Positions 1 to 9,541 of a stretch of 64,000 nt of DNA are shown here, piece by piece. The notes below the pieces were generated by a model that saw only the letters and a program-made list of their open reading frames with translations, did not search any database and was not told the DNA's origin. The DNA is from Mycobacteriales bacterium. GTDB taxonomy: Bacteria > Actinomycetota > Actinomycetes > JAFAQI01. The stretch's first letter is position 1, and each line of letters starts with the position of its first letter. Position numbers and translations under genes: made by a program. The stretch is taken from contig DASZXY010000013.1 of assembly GCA_035545635.1 (NCBI GenBank), positions 302,838-366,837 on the forward strand, read 5' to 3'.

Positions 1-1
1 G

Positions 2-493
2 TGCGCGAAGGGTCTTACGTCGGGCTACGTTCCGATGGGCGCCGTCATCATCGCGCCGCGTGTTGCCGAGCCGTTCTACGACGGCAGGGCCGGGATGTGG
101 CGCCACGGCTACACGTATTCCGGTCACGCGGGAGCCGCCGCGGCCGGCCTTGCGAACCTGAAGATCGTCGAGGCGGAGAATCTGCCGGCGCGGGCCCGCG
201 AGCTCGAGTCGACTTTGGCTCAGTCACTCGGCACGCTGACGAGCTCGCCGCTCGTGTCGGGAGTGCGTACCGGTGCCGGCCTGCTGGGCGCCGTGCAGCT
301 CGATCGGATCGCTCTCGACGCGGACCCGGCACTTCCGGCCCGCATGGTCATGGAGCTTCGGCGTCATGGCGTGCTGACGCGAGCCCTTGCCACCGGCGGG
401 CTTCAGGTGTCGCCGGCGCTGATCGTCGACGCAGGTTTCATCGAGGAGCTCACCGCCGGCTTCGCGGCAGCCCTGGAGTCGATCAAGGTCTGA
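2..493 (+). CDS. class III (omega-type) aminotransferase, C-terminal fragment; the 5' end lies outside the window
   Basis: The frame is open from the window edge. The C-terminal sequence WRHGYTYSGHAGAAAAGLANLKIVEAENL... is typical of fold-type I class III aminotransferases. GC3 is high. Confidence 0.75.
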   Translation, partial: CAKGLTSGYVPMGAVIIAPRVAEPFYDGRAGMWRHGYTYSGHAGAAAAGLANLKIVEAENLPARARELESTLAQSLGTLTSSPLVSGVRTGAGLLGAVQLDRIALDADPALPARMVMELRRHGVLTRALATGGLQVSPALIVDAGFIEELTAGFAAALESIKV

Positions 494-511
494 GTCGACG
501 CTGCCCAGCGG

Positions 512-1534
512 CTAGTTGAGCTCCGCCAGCTGCTCGAGCGTCTTCACCATGTTCGCCGGGTCGGGATCGGCGATCTGCACCAGCAACGTGCTGACGCCGG
601 CCTCGGCGAACTGCGCCAGCCGGTCCTTCACGTAGCCGGCCGACCCGATCATCGAGACCTCATCCACCATCTCGTCGGTGACCTTGCCGATCGCCTCCGG
701 CTGCTTGCCCGTGAGGTACAGCTCCTGGATCTCGGCTGCCTCTGCCTCGTAGCCGTAGCGCTGGAACAGCTGGTTGTAGAAGTTCTGCTTCCGCGATCCC
801 ATGCCACCGATGTAGAGCGCCATACCCATACGCGCCATGTTCTTGGCGTTCGTCGTGTCGTCAGCGATCGCGACCGCGGCAGGAGCGACGACCTCGAGTG
901 GAGCAAGGTCGGAAGAGCGGCGAGCCGCACCTTCGGCGAGTGAAGAACCGAACACATCGGCCGCCTTGGTCGGTGAGTACAACGTTGGAAGCCAGGCGTC
1001 GGCGACCTCCGCGGTCATCGCCACGTTCTTGGGTCCGAGCGACGCCACAGCGATCGGGATCGCTGGTCGCACCGGATGGTTGATGAGCTTCAGCTTGCCC
1101 TGCAGGTCGAAGATCTCACCGGAGTACTCAAGCTTCTCCCGCCGCATGATCATCCGTACGACGTCGATGACCTCGCGGGTGCGCTGCAGCGGCTGGTCGT
1201 AGTCAAGCCCATGCCAGCCCTTGATCACCTGCGGGCCGGATGCGCCGAGGCCGAGAATCGCACGGCCGCCGGAAAGTGCGTCGAGCGTTGCCGCCGACTG
1301 GGCGATCAGGCTCGGCGTACGCGAGTAGACGTTGACGATGCCGGTCGCCAGCTTGATGTTCTCGGTCTCCGGAATGAGGGACGTCAGCACCATGAAGGCG
1401 TCGAACGACCAAGCCTCAGCGACCCACAGCGAGTCGAAGCCGAGCCGGTCTGCCGCATGCACAACCTCGATGACCTGTTCCTGGGTCATCGCTCCCTGCC
1501 CGTAGGGCAGCGTCAGGGCCAGCTTCACAACCAC
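512..1534 (-). CDS. LLM-class (luciferase-like) flavin/F420-dependent oxidoreductase
   Basis: 340-aa ORF. LGFDSLWVAEAWSFDAFMVLTSL and the GLGASGPQV region are typical of the luciferase-like monooxygenase family. Confidence 0.85.
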   Translation of the reverse strand: MVVKLALTLPYGQGAMTQEQVIEVVHAADRLGFDSLWVAEAWSFDAFMVLTSLIPETENIKLATGIVNVYSRTPSLIAQSAATLDALSGGRAILGLGASGPQVIKGWHGLDYDQPLQRTREVIDVVRMIMRREKLEYSGEIFDLQGKLKLINHPVRPAIPIAVASLGPKNVAMTAEVADAWLPTLYSPTKAADVFGSSLAEGAARRSSDLAPLEVVAPAAVAIADDTTNAKNMARMGMALYIGGMGSRKQNFYNQLFQRYGYEAEAAEIQELYLTGKQPEAIGKVTDEMVDEVSMIGSAGYVKDRLAQFAEAGVSTLLVQIADPDPANMVKTLEQLAELN

Positions 1535-1552
1535 TCCTCGCGATCGTTGGTT

Positions 1553-2164
1553 CTAGACGTCATCACCGGCCGCCCCGAGGGCGCCCAGCGACATCGCCAC
1601 GAGCATGCGCTCGAGCTCACTGCGGTTCATGCCTCCGTCGGTGGAACCGAGAGTGGCAATCAGGTTGTGTACGCACACCACCGCCATCCGCGCTTCCGCC
1701 GGCGACAGGTGCGGGTGCACGCTGCTCAACACCATCACCCAGTCGTTGGTGAGCTCCTGCTGCTTGCGCTGCACCGGAGCCCGCATCTCGCGTGGAAGGT
1801 GACGCAGCTCGCGGGTGTAGAGCGTGAGCACCTGACGCTCATCGAGGGCGTTCTCGACGGTGTCGCGGACAATCACCTCGAGCCGCTCATCCGCGACGGT
1901 GACGCCCGCGAGCCGGTCCCGGATTTGAGCGCGCCGGCGATCGAAGGAATCCATGAACGCAGCAGCGAGCAGCTCCTGCTTGCTGCCGAAATGGCGATAG
2001 ATCGCGGGGCCGGAGACTCCGGACGCGGCGCCGATCTCGTCGATGCCGGTCTCTTGGTAGCCCTGCCGCGAGAACAGCTCGAGGGCCGCGGCAAGGATGA
2101 CAGCCCGTCGGCCACCGGGTCGCCGGCGTACGGTTCCCCGCTCCGTCGCGGTCGTCGCCGCCAT
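1553..2164 (-). CDS. TetR family transcriptional regulator
   Basis: N-terminal HTH AALELFSRQGYQETGIDEIGAASGVSGPAIYRHFGSKQELL; ~200 aa; ATG start. Confidence 0.9.
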   Translation of the reverse strand: MAATTATERGTVRRRPGGRRAVILAAALELFSRQGYQETGIDEIGAASGVSGPAIYRHFGSKQELLAAAFMDSFDRRRAQIRDRLAGVTVADERLEVIVRDTVENALDERQVLTLYTRELRHLPREMRAPVQRKQQELTNDWVMVLSSVHPHLSPAEARMAVVCVHNLIATLGSTDGGMNRSELERMLVAMSLGALGAAGDDV

Positions 2165-2243
2165 CGGACCTCCCCCGCTAACGTCTGCGTCTCGCGCCGT
2201 CAGCGGATCGTTACGTTAACAGATGCTAACCAAGCCGTTCCCG

Positions 2244-3449
2244 TCACGGTATGGGCTCCTTCGGAAGCCCGAGAACCATCTCGCCGATGACGGAACGCTG
2301 CACTTCATCGGTGCCGCCCCCGATGTGAAAGCTCGGCGCGAAAGAGTACGCCGCAGCGACCAGTCCGTCGTACGGCGCCTGCGTTCCGGTGAGCGTCCCG
2401 CTCACTCCGAGCAGGTCGAGTGCGAGCTCGGCGTAGCTGCTCCCGACATCGCTCCACGCCAGTTTGAGGGTCGAGCTCTCGGGACCCGGAGCGCCTGACT
2501 TCGACATGGCGCTGAGCGTCCGCAACGACGTCAGCTCAAGCACGCGGTGACGCATCAGCACATCGATCAACCGGGAGCGAAGTACGGGATCGTCGACCGC
2601 CGGTGCGCCGTTGTGCGTTGCGCCGCGAGCCAGCTCGATGAGCGGTCCGGTCGGCATCGCCGCAAGACCGATCAGACCTGCCGTCAGTCGTTCCTGCGCC
2701 ATGGTCGTCAATGCGACCGCCCAGCCCTGGCCAGCCGGCCCGACAAGGTGCTTCCCGGGGACCTCGACGTCGCTGAGGAAGACCTCATTGAAAGTTCTGC
2801 CGCCAGCCATCTCTCGAAGCGGCCGGACCTCGACGCCGGGCGCTTTCATGTCGACGATGAACGCGCTGAGGCCGCGGTGCTTCGGAGCGGCCGGGTCGGT
2901 CCGGACGATGACCAGCCCCCAATGCGAGCGGTGGGCGCCACTCGTCCACACCTTCTGACCGTTGAGCACCCAGCGATCCTTGTCGGCGTCGTACTCGCCG
3001 CGCGTCGTCAGCGAGGCGATGTCGGAGCCCGCATTCGGCTCGCTCCACATCTGGCACCAGAGCTCGCTGCCGTCGAGCATCAGTGGCAGGTAGGTGCGCT
3101 GCTGCTCCTCTGTCCCCCACGCCATCAACGTCGGACCGATCATGCCGAGGCCGATCGAGTAGATGTCCGGTGGAACGTCGAAGCGCGCGAGCTCCTGGGC
3201 GTGGATGTAGACCTGCATCGGGGTGGCGGCGCGACCGCCGTGCTCCTTCGGCCAGGCGATCGCGCCCCATCCGTCGGAGGCCAACCGCTTCTGCCACTCT
3301 CTCGCGCGAGCAACGACCCGTGGGTCTTCCCGACCGGGTGAGACGAAGCCACCACGGAAGCCGGCGGGTACAGGTTCGGCGTTGGCGACGAGCCAGCTTC
3401 GCCATTCCGCGCGGAAGGCGGCATCTTCCGGCGCATCGTCGAAGTCCAC
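2244..3449 (-). CDS. acyl-CoA dehydrogenase
   Basis: 401 aa. WPKEHGGRAATP, the SEPNAGSD motif, and C-terminal GGGTDEVQRSVIGE with a canonical catalytic Glu. GTG start. Confidence 0.9.
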   Translation of the reverse strand: MDFDDAPEDAAFRAEWRSWLVANAEPVPAGFRGGFVSPGREDPRVVARAREWQKRLASDGWGAIAWPKEHGGRAATPMQVYIHAQELARFDVPPDIYSIGLGMIGPTLMAWGTEEQQRTYLPLMLDGSELWCQMWSEPNAGSDIASLTTRGEYDADKDRWVLNGQKVWTSGAHRSHWGLVIVRTDPAAPKHRGLSAFIVDMKAPGVEVRPLREMAGGRTFNEVFLSDVEVPGKHLVGPAGQGWAVALTTMAQERLTAGLIGLAAMPTGPLIELARGATHNGAPAVDDPVLRSRLIDVLMRHRVLELTSLRTLSAMSKSGAPGPESSTLKLAWSDVGSSYAELALDLLGVSGTLTGTQAPYDGLVAAAYSFAPSFHIGGGTDEVQRSVIGEMVLGLPKEPIP

Positions 3450-3492
3450 GTCGCAGTTAACAACGGTTTACGCGAGAGGCACAATAAGCGCC

Positions 3493-5244
3493 ATGGCGCC
3501 CCATTCGATCCGAATCGACCACGACGTCGAGATGAAGACGCGCGATGGCATCACCTTGCGCGCCGACATCTACCGGCCGGATGCGCCGGGCCGCTATCCC
3601 GCGATCCTTTCGCGGACGCCGTACAACAAGCTGACCCACAACGACCCGATCCGCTACTGCATGCCGCTGCCGGCAGTGCGCGCGGGCTTCGCCTACGTCA
3701 TCCAGGACATTCGCGGCCGGTTTGCGTCTGAGGGCGAGTGGGACTTCCTCGACCTCACCTCGGCGAACGAAGCCGACGGGTACGACGCAATCGAGTGGGT
3801 AGCGGGCCAGCCGTGGTGCGACGGCCACATCGGGATGGCAGGCGGCTCCTACGTCGCTGAGACGCAGATGGCTGCGGCGACGGCGAACCCGCCGAGCCTC
3901 GGTTGCATTGCGCCGTCACTCATGGGCATGGGCAAGGAACGCGCACTGAGCCAAGGCTTGCCATTGGAGTCGATGACCGTCGGCTGGATGGCGGGCCTCG
4001 CCATCGACAAAGTCGTGAAGCTGCTGCCACTCGGCCAGGCGTCGCTGGAGGACCTGCAGGGCGTATTGCAGGCAATGGTGCGTCCGGACCTCGCCGCACA
4101 GGTGCTTCCACTCAACGACCTCGCAATCCTGAAGTCGCACGACATGCCCGGCTACGAACTGACCGATCAGCTGGTGGGAAACGCCGCCGCACACAAGGGG
4201 ATCCAGGAGACCGGCTGGCACGTGCCCGCGTTGTGGACCGCGGGCTGGTACGACAATGCCGGCGGCGCCGAGCAGTTCAACACGATGCGGGCGAGGGCAG
4301 CGAGCGAGATCGCGCGCACCGGTACCCGGTTGCTGATGGGGGGCTGGACTCACAACTACTCGACGAGCTTCGTCGGATCGTTCGGTCTCGGCGGACTCGG
4401 ATCGTCGGACGGTGGCGGAGTCCCGGCTCTGCATCTTCGCTTCTACGACCGCCACCTCCGCGGCGGCGACAACGACCTCGCGCCGGTGCGCTACTTCGTG
4501 ATGCGCGCGAACGTCTGGCGCGAGGCAGTTGAGTGGCCGATCCCCGGCACCGAGTTCCAGCGCTGGTATCTGCATTCGCGTGGGGCAGCGGCGACCAGCG
4601 ACTCAGACGGCGCTCTGAGCCTCGACCAGCCGGCGGCCGGCGAGCCGGAGGACACCTACACCGCGAACCCGCACGATCCCGTCCCGTCGTGGGGCTTTCG
4701 CGTGATGTACACCGGCGGCACAACCGTGGCGGGCCCGTTCGACCAGCACCGGGTCGAGCAGCGCGACGACGTCCTCGTCTACACGAGCCCGCCGCTCGAG
4801 CGGGACACAGAGGTCGTTGGCGACATCCGGCTCCATCTGTTCGTCGCATCGTCTGCAGCGGACACCGACTTCATCGCAAAGCTTTGTGTGGTGTGGCCGG
4901 ACGGTACGAGCATCAACCTCGCCGATGGCAAGGCGCGGGCACTGCACCGCAACGGCTATGACTCGCCCGCTCCGCTCAATCCGGGAGAAGTCGTCCCGAT
5001 CACGATCGAGCTCGGTCCGACCGGGTACTTGTTCGAGGCCGGCACCCGAGTGCGGATGCAGATCGCCTCGAGCGCGTTCCCGCACTGGGCCCGCAACATG
5101 CAGACCGGCAACCCGATCGGAGAAGACGCCGTCGGCGTCGTTGCGCAGAACAGCGTGTTCCACGACGAGGTGCACGCGTCCTACCTGGAGCTGCCAGTTC
5201 AACCGGAACCGGGACCGATGTCCCCGCCCCCGCTCCCCTTCTGA
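3493..5244 (+). CDS. CocE/NonD family hydrolase (X-Pro dipeptidyl-peptidase S15-like)
   Basis: DGITLRADIYRPDAPGRYPAILSRTPYNK and the GMAGGSYVAETQ nucleophile elbow. I trimmed the start to ATG 3493, because the upstream part of the tracked ORF overlaps the divergent ACAD gene and is Arg/Ser-rich junk. Confidence 0.85.
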   Translation: MAPHSIRIDHDVEMKTRDGITLRADIYRPDAPGRYPAILSRTPYNKLTHNDPIRYCMPLPAVRAGFAYVIQDIRGRFASEGEWDFLDLTSANEADGYDAIEWVAGQPWCDGHIGMAGGSYVAETQMAAATANPPSLGCIAPSLMGMGKERALSQGLPLESMTVGWMAGLAIDKVVKLLPLGQASLEDLQGVLQAMVRPDLAAQVLPLNDLAILKSHDMPGYELTDQLVGNAAAHKGIQETGWHVPALWTAGWYDNAGGAEQFNTMRARAASEIARTGTRLLMGGWTHNYSTSFVGSFGLGGLGSSDGGGVPALHLRFYDRHLRGGDNDLAPVRYFVMRANVWREAVEWPIPGTEFQRWYLHSRGAAATSDSDGALSLDQPAAGEPEDTYTANPHDPVPSWGFRVMYTGGTTVAGPFDQHRVEQRDDVLVYTSPPLERDTEVVGDIRLHLFVASSAADTDFIAKLCVVWPDGTSINLADGKARALHRNGYDSPAPLNPGEVVPITIELGPTGYLFEAGTRVRMQIASSAFPHWARNMQTGNPIGEDAVGVVAQNSVFHDEVHASYLELPVQPEPGPMSPPPLPF

Positions 5245-5255
5245 ACAGAGCCCGT

Positions 5256-5717
5256 CTAGAGCGGCTGCACCACGCCATAGGCTCGCGTGCCCGGCGTGCC
5301 CACCCAGTCGATCTCGATCTGGATGGGCCAGTGCTTGAGCGCGGGTAAGCCGCCGGTCGTCCGCTGACCGTCGCACGGGACGCTGCCGCCGACGATGGGT
5401 GGCGTCACCTTGGTGCTGGCGAGCCGGACTTCCCAGTGCATCGATGTCTTGGCCGGATCCGACGCGACACAGCCGAGGACGGCGGCGTAGCTCATCTTTG
5501 GCTTCGGGAGCGCCTCGGCGGCCCGCTCGAAGTTTGATCCGCCAAACTCCGCGCGAGCGAGCTCACCCTTGACGTGTTTCGGGACCGCATAGTTCGCGCG
5601 CGCGGCGGCGTGTGGAGTGGGAGCGGTCGGAGCCGACCTTGGACTGGAACCGGAGCTCGAGCAAGACGCGGCGAACAGAACCGCCGCCACACCAGCCACG
5701 CGCAAGATCGTCCGCAT
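5256..5717 (-). CDS. putative lipoprotein, function unknown
   Basis: Signal peptide plus lipobox-like VLFAASC followed by a Ser-rich linker; 153 aa; high GC3. Confidence 0.55.
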   Translation of the reverse strand: MRTILRVAGVAAVLFAASCSSSGSSPRSAPTAPTPHAAARANYAVPKHVKGELARAEFGGSNFERAAEALPKPKMSYAAVLGCVASDPAKTSMHWEVRLASTKVTPPIVGGSVPCDGQRTTGGLPALKHWPIQIEIDWVGTPGTRAYGVVQPL

Positions 5718-5737
5718 GCGCTGACGATAACTGTCCG

Positions 5738-6511
5738 CTACGGGTGCTGGCTGCTCGCTGAGATGACTTCTCCGGTGAGGTACGACGCGTAGTCGCTGGC
5801 CAGGAACACGATGATGTTCGCGATCTCCCAGGGCTCAGCCGCACGACCGAACGCCTCGCGCGACGTCAGCTCCGCCAGCAGCTCGTCGGTCGTGACCTTG
5901 GCGAGGTTTTCGTGCATCGCCAGAGACGGAGCCACGGCGTTGACACGTACACCGAACGCAGCCGCCTCAACCGCCGCTGTGCGGGTCAGCGCCATCACGC
6001 CGGCCTTCGCCGCCGCGTAGTGCGCCTGGCCGATCTGGGCGCGCCAACCGATCACTGATGCGTTGTTGACGATTGCGCCACCGGCTCCGCGATCGCGCAT
6101 CCGCTTCAGCGCCTCACGCGTGCAACGCATCGTCCCGTTCAGTGTGACGTCGAGCACCTTCGACCACTGCTCGTCGGTCATGTCGGCGAGCTCCGCCGTA
6201 CCGCCCAGTCCGGCGTTGTTCACGAGGATGTCGAGGTCACCGACCGTGTCGAACATCCGCTGCACATCGTCCTCGACTGTCACGTCACACGGCACGGCGA
6301 CGGGCTGGTCGCCCATGACCTCGGCGAGCCGCTCCGCCGATTCGGCAAGACGTCGCTCGTGGCGGTCGCTGATCGCGACGATTGCCCCCTCCTCCGCACA
6401 CCGCTTCGCGGTGGCGAAGCCGATGCCGGTGCCGGCGGCTGCAGTGACGAGCACGCGCTTGCCGGCGAGCAGGCCGTGTCCCGACGGATACGGCGGGGGC
6501 CCCGCAGTCAT
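5738..6511 (-). CDS. SDR family oxidoreductase (3-oxoacyl-ACP reductase-like)
   Basis: TAAAGTGIGFA Rossmann motif, NNAG, and the YAAAKAG catalytic motif. Confidence 0.9.
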   Translation of the reverse strand: MTAGPPPYPSGHGLLAGKRVLVTAAAGTGIGFATAKRCAEEGAIVAISDRHERRLAESAERLAEVMGDQPVAVPCDVTVEDDVQRMFDTVGDLDILVNNAGLGGTAELADMTDEQWSKVLDVTLNGTMRCTREALKRMRDRGAGGAIVNNASVIGWRAQIGQAHYAAAKAGVMALTRTAAVEAAAFGVRVNAVAPSLAMHENLAKVTTDELLAELTSREAFGRAAEPWEIANIIVFLASDYASYLTGEVISASSQHP

Positions 6512-6519
6512 GCGGCCGC

Positions 6520-7431
6520 TCAGCCTTCGGTGGCGCCGGCCTCGGCCGCGCGCTTCTTCATCATGTCCATGTAGTCGAGCATCGGCAGCCGGTCGAACCC
6601 GACGTCGGAGGGAATCCGCTCAGCGAGCTCCTGCGGCGTCCAGCGCCCGTCCTTCGAGATCTCCTTGATCTCGCGCGGCTGGCTCCACAACGCGATGCGT
6701 CCACCGACGACCGTGTAGGTCTGGCCGGTGATCTCGCGCGCTGCGTCGGAGAGCAAATAGACCACCATCGGCGCGATGTCCTCGGGCTCGCCCGTCTCCG
6801 CCGTACCGCCCGGCACATTCGCCTGCATGCGGGTGCTCGCGACCGGCGCGATCGCGTTGGCGTTGATGTTGTACCTGGACAACCCCAGTGCGGCACTTCG
6901 CATCAACGCGACGATCCCGCCCTTGGCTGCGGCGTAGTTCGCCTGGGCGACGCTGCCCCACATCCCGACGCCCGACGTGAAGGCGACCAGAGAGCCGCCG
7001 GTCTCCTGCTTGCGCATCACAGCCGCCGCCGCGCGGAAGACGGTGAACGTGCCCTTGAGGTGGGTGTTGATGACGCCGTCCCACTCGTCCTCGGACATGT
7101 TGAACAGCATTCGTTCGCGAAGGATGCCCGCCGGCGTCACGACGCCGTCAATGTGGCCCCACTTGTCGACCGCCGCCGCGACCAGCCGCTCGCCAGCCTC
7201 CATCTTCGAGATGTCGTCGGCCAGAGCGATCGCCTCGCCACCTGCGAATTCGATCTCGGCGACGACCGCGTCCGCGACCTCACTCGAAGGCTCGCTGCCA
7301 TCCATGCTCACGCCGTAGTCGTTGACGACGACCCTCGCACCTTCGGCGGCGCAGGCGAGCGCGACGGCGCGCCCGATCCCACGTCCCGCGCCGGTGATCG
7401 CAATGACCTTGTTCTCGAGCATTCCTGGCAT
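6520..7431 (-). CDS. SDR family oxidoreductase, ~300-aa subtype with a C-terminal extension (MFE-2 N-terminal-like)
   Basis: ITGAGRGIGRA, YAAAKGG. It is paralogous to 22067-22975 and 34010-34921. ATG at 7431. Confidence 0.9.
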   Translation of the reverse strand: MPGMLENKVIAITGAGRGIGRAVALACAAEGARVVVNDYGVSMDGSEPSSEVADAVVAEIEFAGGEAIALADDISKMEAGERLVAAAVDKWGHIDGVVTPAGILRERMLFNMSEDEWDGVINTHLKGTFTVFRAAAAVMRKQETGGSLVAFTSGVGMWGSVAQANYAAAKGGIVALMRSAALGLSRYNINANAIAPVASTRMQANVPGGTAETGEPEDIAPMVVYLLSDAAREITGQTYTVVGGRIALWSQPREIKEISKDGRWTPQELAERIPSDVGFDRLPMLDYMDMMKKRAAEAGATEG

Positions 7432-7446
7432 GCGGGTGAGAATATC

Positions 7447-7473
7447 GGAATCTGACGACCCGTCAGAAACCGG
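7447..7473. promoter_or_regulatory. conserved promoter/operator box; core palindrome CTGACGACCCGTCAG at 7452-7466
   Basis: The 27-mer GGAATCTGACGACCCGTCAGAAACCGG is identical to 13213-13239. The core lies 20 nt upstream of the start codon at 7431. Confidence 0.55.
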
Positions 7474-7489
7474 GCCCGACCACCGTTGG

Positions 7490-7822
7490 CTACCCCTTGG
7501 CGAGCGCTTCGAAGTTCTCGTAGAGCCGCTTCTCGCCGGCCGCCTCGCGAACCTTCAGCGCCGCGGGACCGACCTTCGTCCACATTCCCTCGAGCCACAG
7601 CAGGTCGTGAACGAGGTCCTTGTCGAGCAGACCTTGCTTCACGAACGTCGCGACCGTCTCGCCGAAGTTGAGGATCGTCTGCACCGGCTTGTCGGACGCG
7701 TCGACCTGATCGGGGTCGAAGCCGGGCCTCATCACGTGGCTCATTGCATCGTTCAAGCCGGTCTGGGCGCCGAGAGCGAGGAGCTGGACCATGAGCATCG
7801 CGTCATCCTTGCTGGCGGCCAT
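7490..7822 (-). CDS. hypothetical protein (110 aa)
   Basis: AAGGAG Shine-Dalgarno 6 nt upstream of the ATG; normal composition and high GC3. I do not recognise a family. Confidence 0.65.
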   Translation of the reverse strand: MAASKDDAMLMVQLLALGAQTGLNDAMSHVMRPGFDPDQVDASDKPVQTILNFGETVATFVKQGLLDKDLVHDLLWLEGMWTKVGPAALKVREAAGEKRLYENFEALAKG

Positions 7823-7899
7823 CTGGTCTCCTTTGAAGTCGTTCGGGACTTTCCGGGCCTACCCAACAACAGACGCGCCTGATTCGCGAAACTCATCGC

Positions 7900-8976
7900 A
7901 TGTTCACTGGGGTTGCGGTCATCGGCACCGGGTTCGGCACTCTCACGCACACCCGCGCGTTGCGCGCAGCAGGCTTCGAGGTCCGCGCGCTGGTCGGGCG
8001 CGACCCGGAGCGCACCAAAGCCCGAGCGGATCGCTTCGAGATCCCGATCGCGTCGACCTCGCTCGACGACGTCCTCGCGATGCCGGACGTCGGCGCGGTG
8101 ACGATCGCCACTCCCCCGCACTCGCACGCCGAGCTGGCGCTTGCCGCGGTCGCCGCGGGCAAGCACGTCGTCTGCGAGAAGCCGTTCGCCCGAGACGAGG
8201 CCGAAGCGGTGCAGGTCCTCGACGCGGCTGAACGGGCCGGCGTCGTACACCTGCTGGGCTGCGAGTTCCGCTACGCCTCGGGTCAGGCGTTGATGACGCG
8301 CCTGGTCACCGACGGCGCGATTGGCGAGCCGCGCCTCGCGACGTTCCTGCTCCACATTCCGCTCCTGGCGGGCGAGGGTGCCGAGGTGCCCGACTGGTGG
8401 TCGCAGGAAGCTGCCGGTGGCGGCTGGCTCGGCGCGCAGGGGTCCCACGTCATCGACCAGATCCGGACCACGCTCGGTGAGTTCACCGGTGTGAGCGCGT
8501 CATTGCTCAACCTCGCCGACCACGGTTGGACGGCGGAGGACACCTTCTCAGTGCACTTCCGTACGACGAGCGGCTGCGACGGACTCATGCAAAGCACCGC
8601 GTCCGACCGCGGGCCCTTCCTCATCACCGCGCGCATCGCCGGGACCAAAGGCGCGGTGTGGGCCGAAGGCGACACGGTCAAGGTCGCCGACGAGTCCGGC
8701 GTGCGCATCGTCGAAATCCCGGCTGACCTCGTGACGCCGCCCGCCGAGCCGCCGCCGGCGGAGCTGCTCGTCACGGCCTACGACTGGCTGCACTCGACCG
8801 GGATCGACATGGGGCCCTACACCCGGCTGTTCGAGACGTTCCGCAGCCTGATCGAAGGAAATCCCACTCACGGGCCCGCGCCGGCGACCTTCGCCGACGG
8901 GGTTGCCGCCATGCGAGTGATGGACGCGATCCGCAAGTCGGCCGCAGACCGCACCTGGGTCGACCTGACCGCCTAG
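7900..8976 (+). CDS. Gfo/Idh/MocA family oxidoreductase
   Basis: N-terminal Rossmann VAVIGTGFGTLTHTRALRAAGFEV and the EKP motif (VVCEKPFA). Confidence 0.9.
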   Translation: MFTGVAVIGTGFGTLTHTRALRAAGFEVRALVGRDPERTKARADRFEIPIASTSLDDVLAMPDVGAVTIATPPHSHAELALAAVAAGKHVVCEKPFARDEAEAVQVLDAAERAGVVHLLGCEFRYASGQALMTRLVTDGAIGEPRLATFLLHIPLLAGEGAEVPDWWSQEAAGGGWLGAQGSHVIDQIRTTLGEFTGVSASLLNLADHGWTAEDTFSVHFRTTSGCDGLMQSTASDRGPFLITARIAGTKGAVWAEGDTVKVADESGVRIVEIPADLVTPPAEPPPAELLVTAYDWLHSTGIDMGPYTRLFETFRSLIEGNPTHGPAPATFADGVAAMRVMDAIRKSAADRTWVDLTA

Positions 8977-8980
8977 CGCG

Positions 8981-9490
8981 TCATCCGGTGCACAGCTGCT
9001 CGAGACGCTCGAGGGTCTGTGTCATGGCGTCGACCCAGATCGCGCCGTCTTGAACCGCATCGCGCAATGACGCCGGCGCGTTCCTGCAGTCGTAGGTCTC
9101 GGTGACGACCGTTGCATCGGGTCCGTCGGGCTCGAGCTCGAAGGCCCACCGATGGCCGGCCGGCACACCGATCGAGAACTCGTCCTCCTTCGTCGTGACC
9201 TCGTCGGCGCCCGCTGGTGTCCATGCGATCCGGCGGTTCGGCTCGAACTCGACCACGTGGTTGTCCATCTTGTAGTCACCACCGAGCCGGTCGAAGTACA
9301 TGCGCATCAAGAATCGGTCACCTACGCCGGTGATCGGCGTCGCACCATCAGGTCCGCGCAACATTCCTGAGCCGTCGAGGTCGGTGTGCCGGTCCGGATC
9401 CGCGAGCAGCGAGAAGATCTGGTCGGCCGGTGCCTCGATGCGCCTCGAGACGGAAACGACTCCGGCAGCGTCACCCATCGTGGACTCCAA
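8981..9490 (-). CDS. SRPBCC (START/polyketide cyclase-like) family protein
   Basis: 169 aa; VSRRIEAPADQIFSLLADPDRH is typical of the SRPBCC N-terminus. Confidence 0.75.
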   Translation of the reverse strand: MESTMGDAAGVVSVSRRIEAPADQIFSLLADPDRHTDLDGSGMLRGPDGATPITGVGDRFLMRMYFDRLGGDYKMDNHVVEFEPNRRIAWTPAGADEVTTKEDEFSIGVPAGHRWAFELEPDGPDATVVTETYDCRNAPASLRDAVQDGAIWVDAMTQTLERLEQLCTG

Positions 9491-9541
9491 TCGCAGTGGC
9501 GGTTCCGGCTCAGTGGTGCAGACGAGCGAGCACTGCGATTC

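Noticed and set aside
2165-2243. GTTAAC-containing short inverted repeats near the TetR gene (also at about 3456-3471 and about 27417-27422), considered as TetR/KstR-like operators
   Set aside because: The arms are only 5-6 bp and are imperfect, with spacing that does not fit the KstR consensus I remember. A 6-bp AT-rich palindrome is expected by chance a few times in 64 kb. This is not enough to call.
1076-2290. 404-aa plus-strand ORF spanning the LLM and TetR loci
   Set aside because: It is antisense to two well-supported minus-strand genes and crosses their intergenic gap. Its composition is Arg/His/Leu-rich junk.
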